Assembly: GCF_009914755.1 (NCBI RefSeq)
Contig: NC_060926.1
DNA from: the human T2T-CHM13v2.0 reference genome, Homo sapiens
DNA: 64,000 nt
Strand: one strand, 5' to 3'
Numbering within the stretch: position 1 is the stretch's first letter; every line of letters starts with the position of its first letter. The position numbers and the translations under genes were made by a program. Shown here in pieces: positions 61,901-64,000 of the stretch. The notes below the pieces were generated by a model. It searched no databases. It saw only the letters and a program-made list of their open reading frames with translations, and was not told the origin of the DNA.

Positions 61901-64000
61901 ACCACAGTATTCTTTGTTCTTTGCTCTATGCTCTGAGGCCATCACTGAAGTTTTTCCAACATCATGATCCAGGCAGCCACCTCTGATCCACTGATGTTGG
62001 TAGGAGATAAAACTCATTTGCCAGCCGATTTTGAATGGAAGTCCAAGGTTGCTTTCCCATGTTTTATACCATCACTTGGTAATAACTAAGTTGTCGTCCC
62101 ACTGAGACTTTTCCCACTTAAAACTTGCCAATCAATTTCTTAGAAACCTACACATATAAAAGCCTAGCAGAAAGTGGCTGAAGAAGCCACACAACCTGGG
62201 TTCACCAAGATCTAAAATTGATAATGACAAAGGAATCCTTGTAGTTCAGTCCATCACAGTAGGAGACCACAGAGAGGGGTGAAACTCAAATCTTACTGTG
62301 ATGTCTTATGCAGCCTTCTGGTGTCCTGGTTCCTCAGATTTTAAAGAAATAGCTAATCCATAGAAACTGCCATCCAGAGTAAGATTATAAAGCTCATCCA
62401 ATTCCACATTCTCCCTGCCATACCATGAATGAGTTGTGGGAAGTTATGGCTGGGAGTGAAAGCAGAATATGACACGATTCTCAAAAACTTAAGGATGTTT
62501 TCTGTTCAGGCCTCACTGCCATTCACATCCTGCTATGTAGCTATTTTTCATAGCTTTATGTAAACTTTTCGTGAGACCAGTTATTGTTTCTCTCTGCACT
62601 GTACCTTATGTTAGGATCTTCTGTAAGCTAAAGAATTCTCCAAGGCAAGGGTAGTTATATAGAAAGATTAAATAGAATTTCATTTCATGTGGGGGTTCCT
62701 GAGTTTAGAAAGTATGAAGGGTTCTTTTCTAAGATTTATGTCTTATTCCAACAATTTCTTTCATTAATGAGCTCTTTCTTTTAGATGGCTTTCAAGCAAA
62801 TTCACTGGTGGTCATGGAATTGAGGAAAGAATGCAAGATAGGTTTTTTATTATGCTCTCTAAACTTTTGGAGAGTAAAGAGAATCAGTATCCATGTATTA
62901 CATCAACAAGAAGCTTGGCTCAGAACTCTCACCCAAGGCCACCATGTGGGTCAGCGGGTATATGGCTTTATTCCCTAGGAAGGGAACTCTTACCTACTAT
63001 TTGAACCTTTGAATACCCAACTGACTGCTGCACTATATATATATATGGTTTTCATTAACAAATACTTAATGACTAGTTGATTGAAAGAAACAGTGGAGAA
63101 ACAGGAAAAGTGGAGGAGGCATTTAGTAGATTTTCCTGTAAGAGCAGAAAATCATAGAGACGGGAAAGGGAGAAAGGGAAATGGTGTTGTTTATGGTACA
63201 CTCTGAGTGGCTCTACATTACAGGACCTTATAGGGACCTCTGATAAGACCCTGAGAAAAAAGACTGATATAGTTAGTAAAGAGAGAAATGATCTTTATTC
63301 ACACAAATTAGGCTGGAATAGGTAGAAAGAGCCTTTAAATTATGAATTTTGCAGCAACAAAACTTACTGAGGCAGTTTCTTAAAGCCCCAGAGAAATTAT
63401 TTTGGTTTTCATCTTCAGGTCGACATTGGCTTTGAATAGCAGCCTTAGAGAGTTTGAAGTTTCTTCTCTGTACTTCCATTCCTCCCTCTAGCCATCCAGT
63501 GTTGAAAACCTTTTCATTTCAGAGACCAATTGAGTATGTTTGCCAGAGAGAAAGTTTTTCACTAGACTCACTTCTCCCTTTTCTTTCTGACGCAGAAAGT
63601 TGGAGTCAGACCTCTGGCCAATAGAAGGGCACTGACGAATCCCTACACAGCCCGGCACATAAAATATTTATACTCAGAGAAAGCTACACTAAGTAGTCAG
63701 CAGAGTATTTTGCAGCATAGAAGCCAAACACCTCTCTAAAAGAGTAGATTGTGTTCGCAAAAGCTCCTGTCGATAGAATGAAATGTAAACTGTGATTTCC
63801 ATAGTGGAGGATTGCTTGATGTTCTTTTGACTGGTTCATGCCATAGGCTTCTAAAATCAGAGTCTGCTTGATTGAAGAAAGGACAGATTTTGTTTGTTAT
63901 TTGTTTACTTACTTATTTTTGCTATTATCAAAGACATCAATTTCTGGATGGGAAGGGTAGATTTCAAATAGTAGGTGAGAGTTCCCTTCCTAGGGAATAA

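Noticed and set aside
61930-62560. Processed pseudogene or CCAAT/TATAAAA promoter (62128-62161)
   Set aside because: No recognisable protein in the frames I read, no poly-A or TSD, and two short motifs alone are weak in AT-rich DNA

Overview
Primate (human-like) nuclear DNA, AT-rich and repeat-dense, apparently intergenic or intronic. I cannot recognise a cellular protein-coding gene, structural RNA gene or CRISPR array, and I cannot name the locus. The window holds a full-length but mutationally dead L1PA3/4-type LINE-1 (6207-12342, minus, 16-bp TSD), a co-oriented 5'-truncated L1PA (42314-46217), a two-LTR THE1D/MSTA MaLR provirus (17249-19390), about 15 solo MaLR/ERVL LTRs, 10 Alu-family elements, old L1M/L2/MIR fragments, DNA-transposon MITEs and AT-rich tandem repeats. 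Subfamily names come from my recall of consensus sequences and need RepeatMasker/Dfam confirmation. I found no convincing new biological system. Best leads: (1) a 52-bp inverted templated insertion with fold-back scars inside an MST LTR; (2) an L1 antisense ORF0 open for 158 codons, with a candidate 32-nt exon downstream; (3) a dispersed ~60-bp duplication, each copy next to a minus-strand splice donor, possibly the remnant of a decayed exon-duplicated gene; (4) a 63-nt near-perfect hairpin carrying p53-like decamers.
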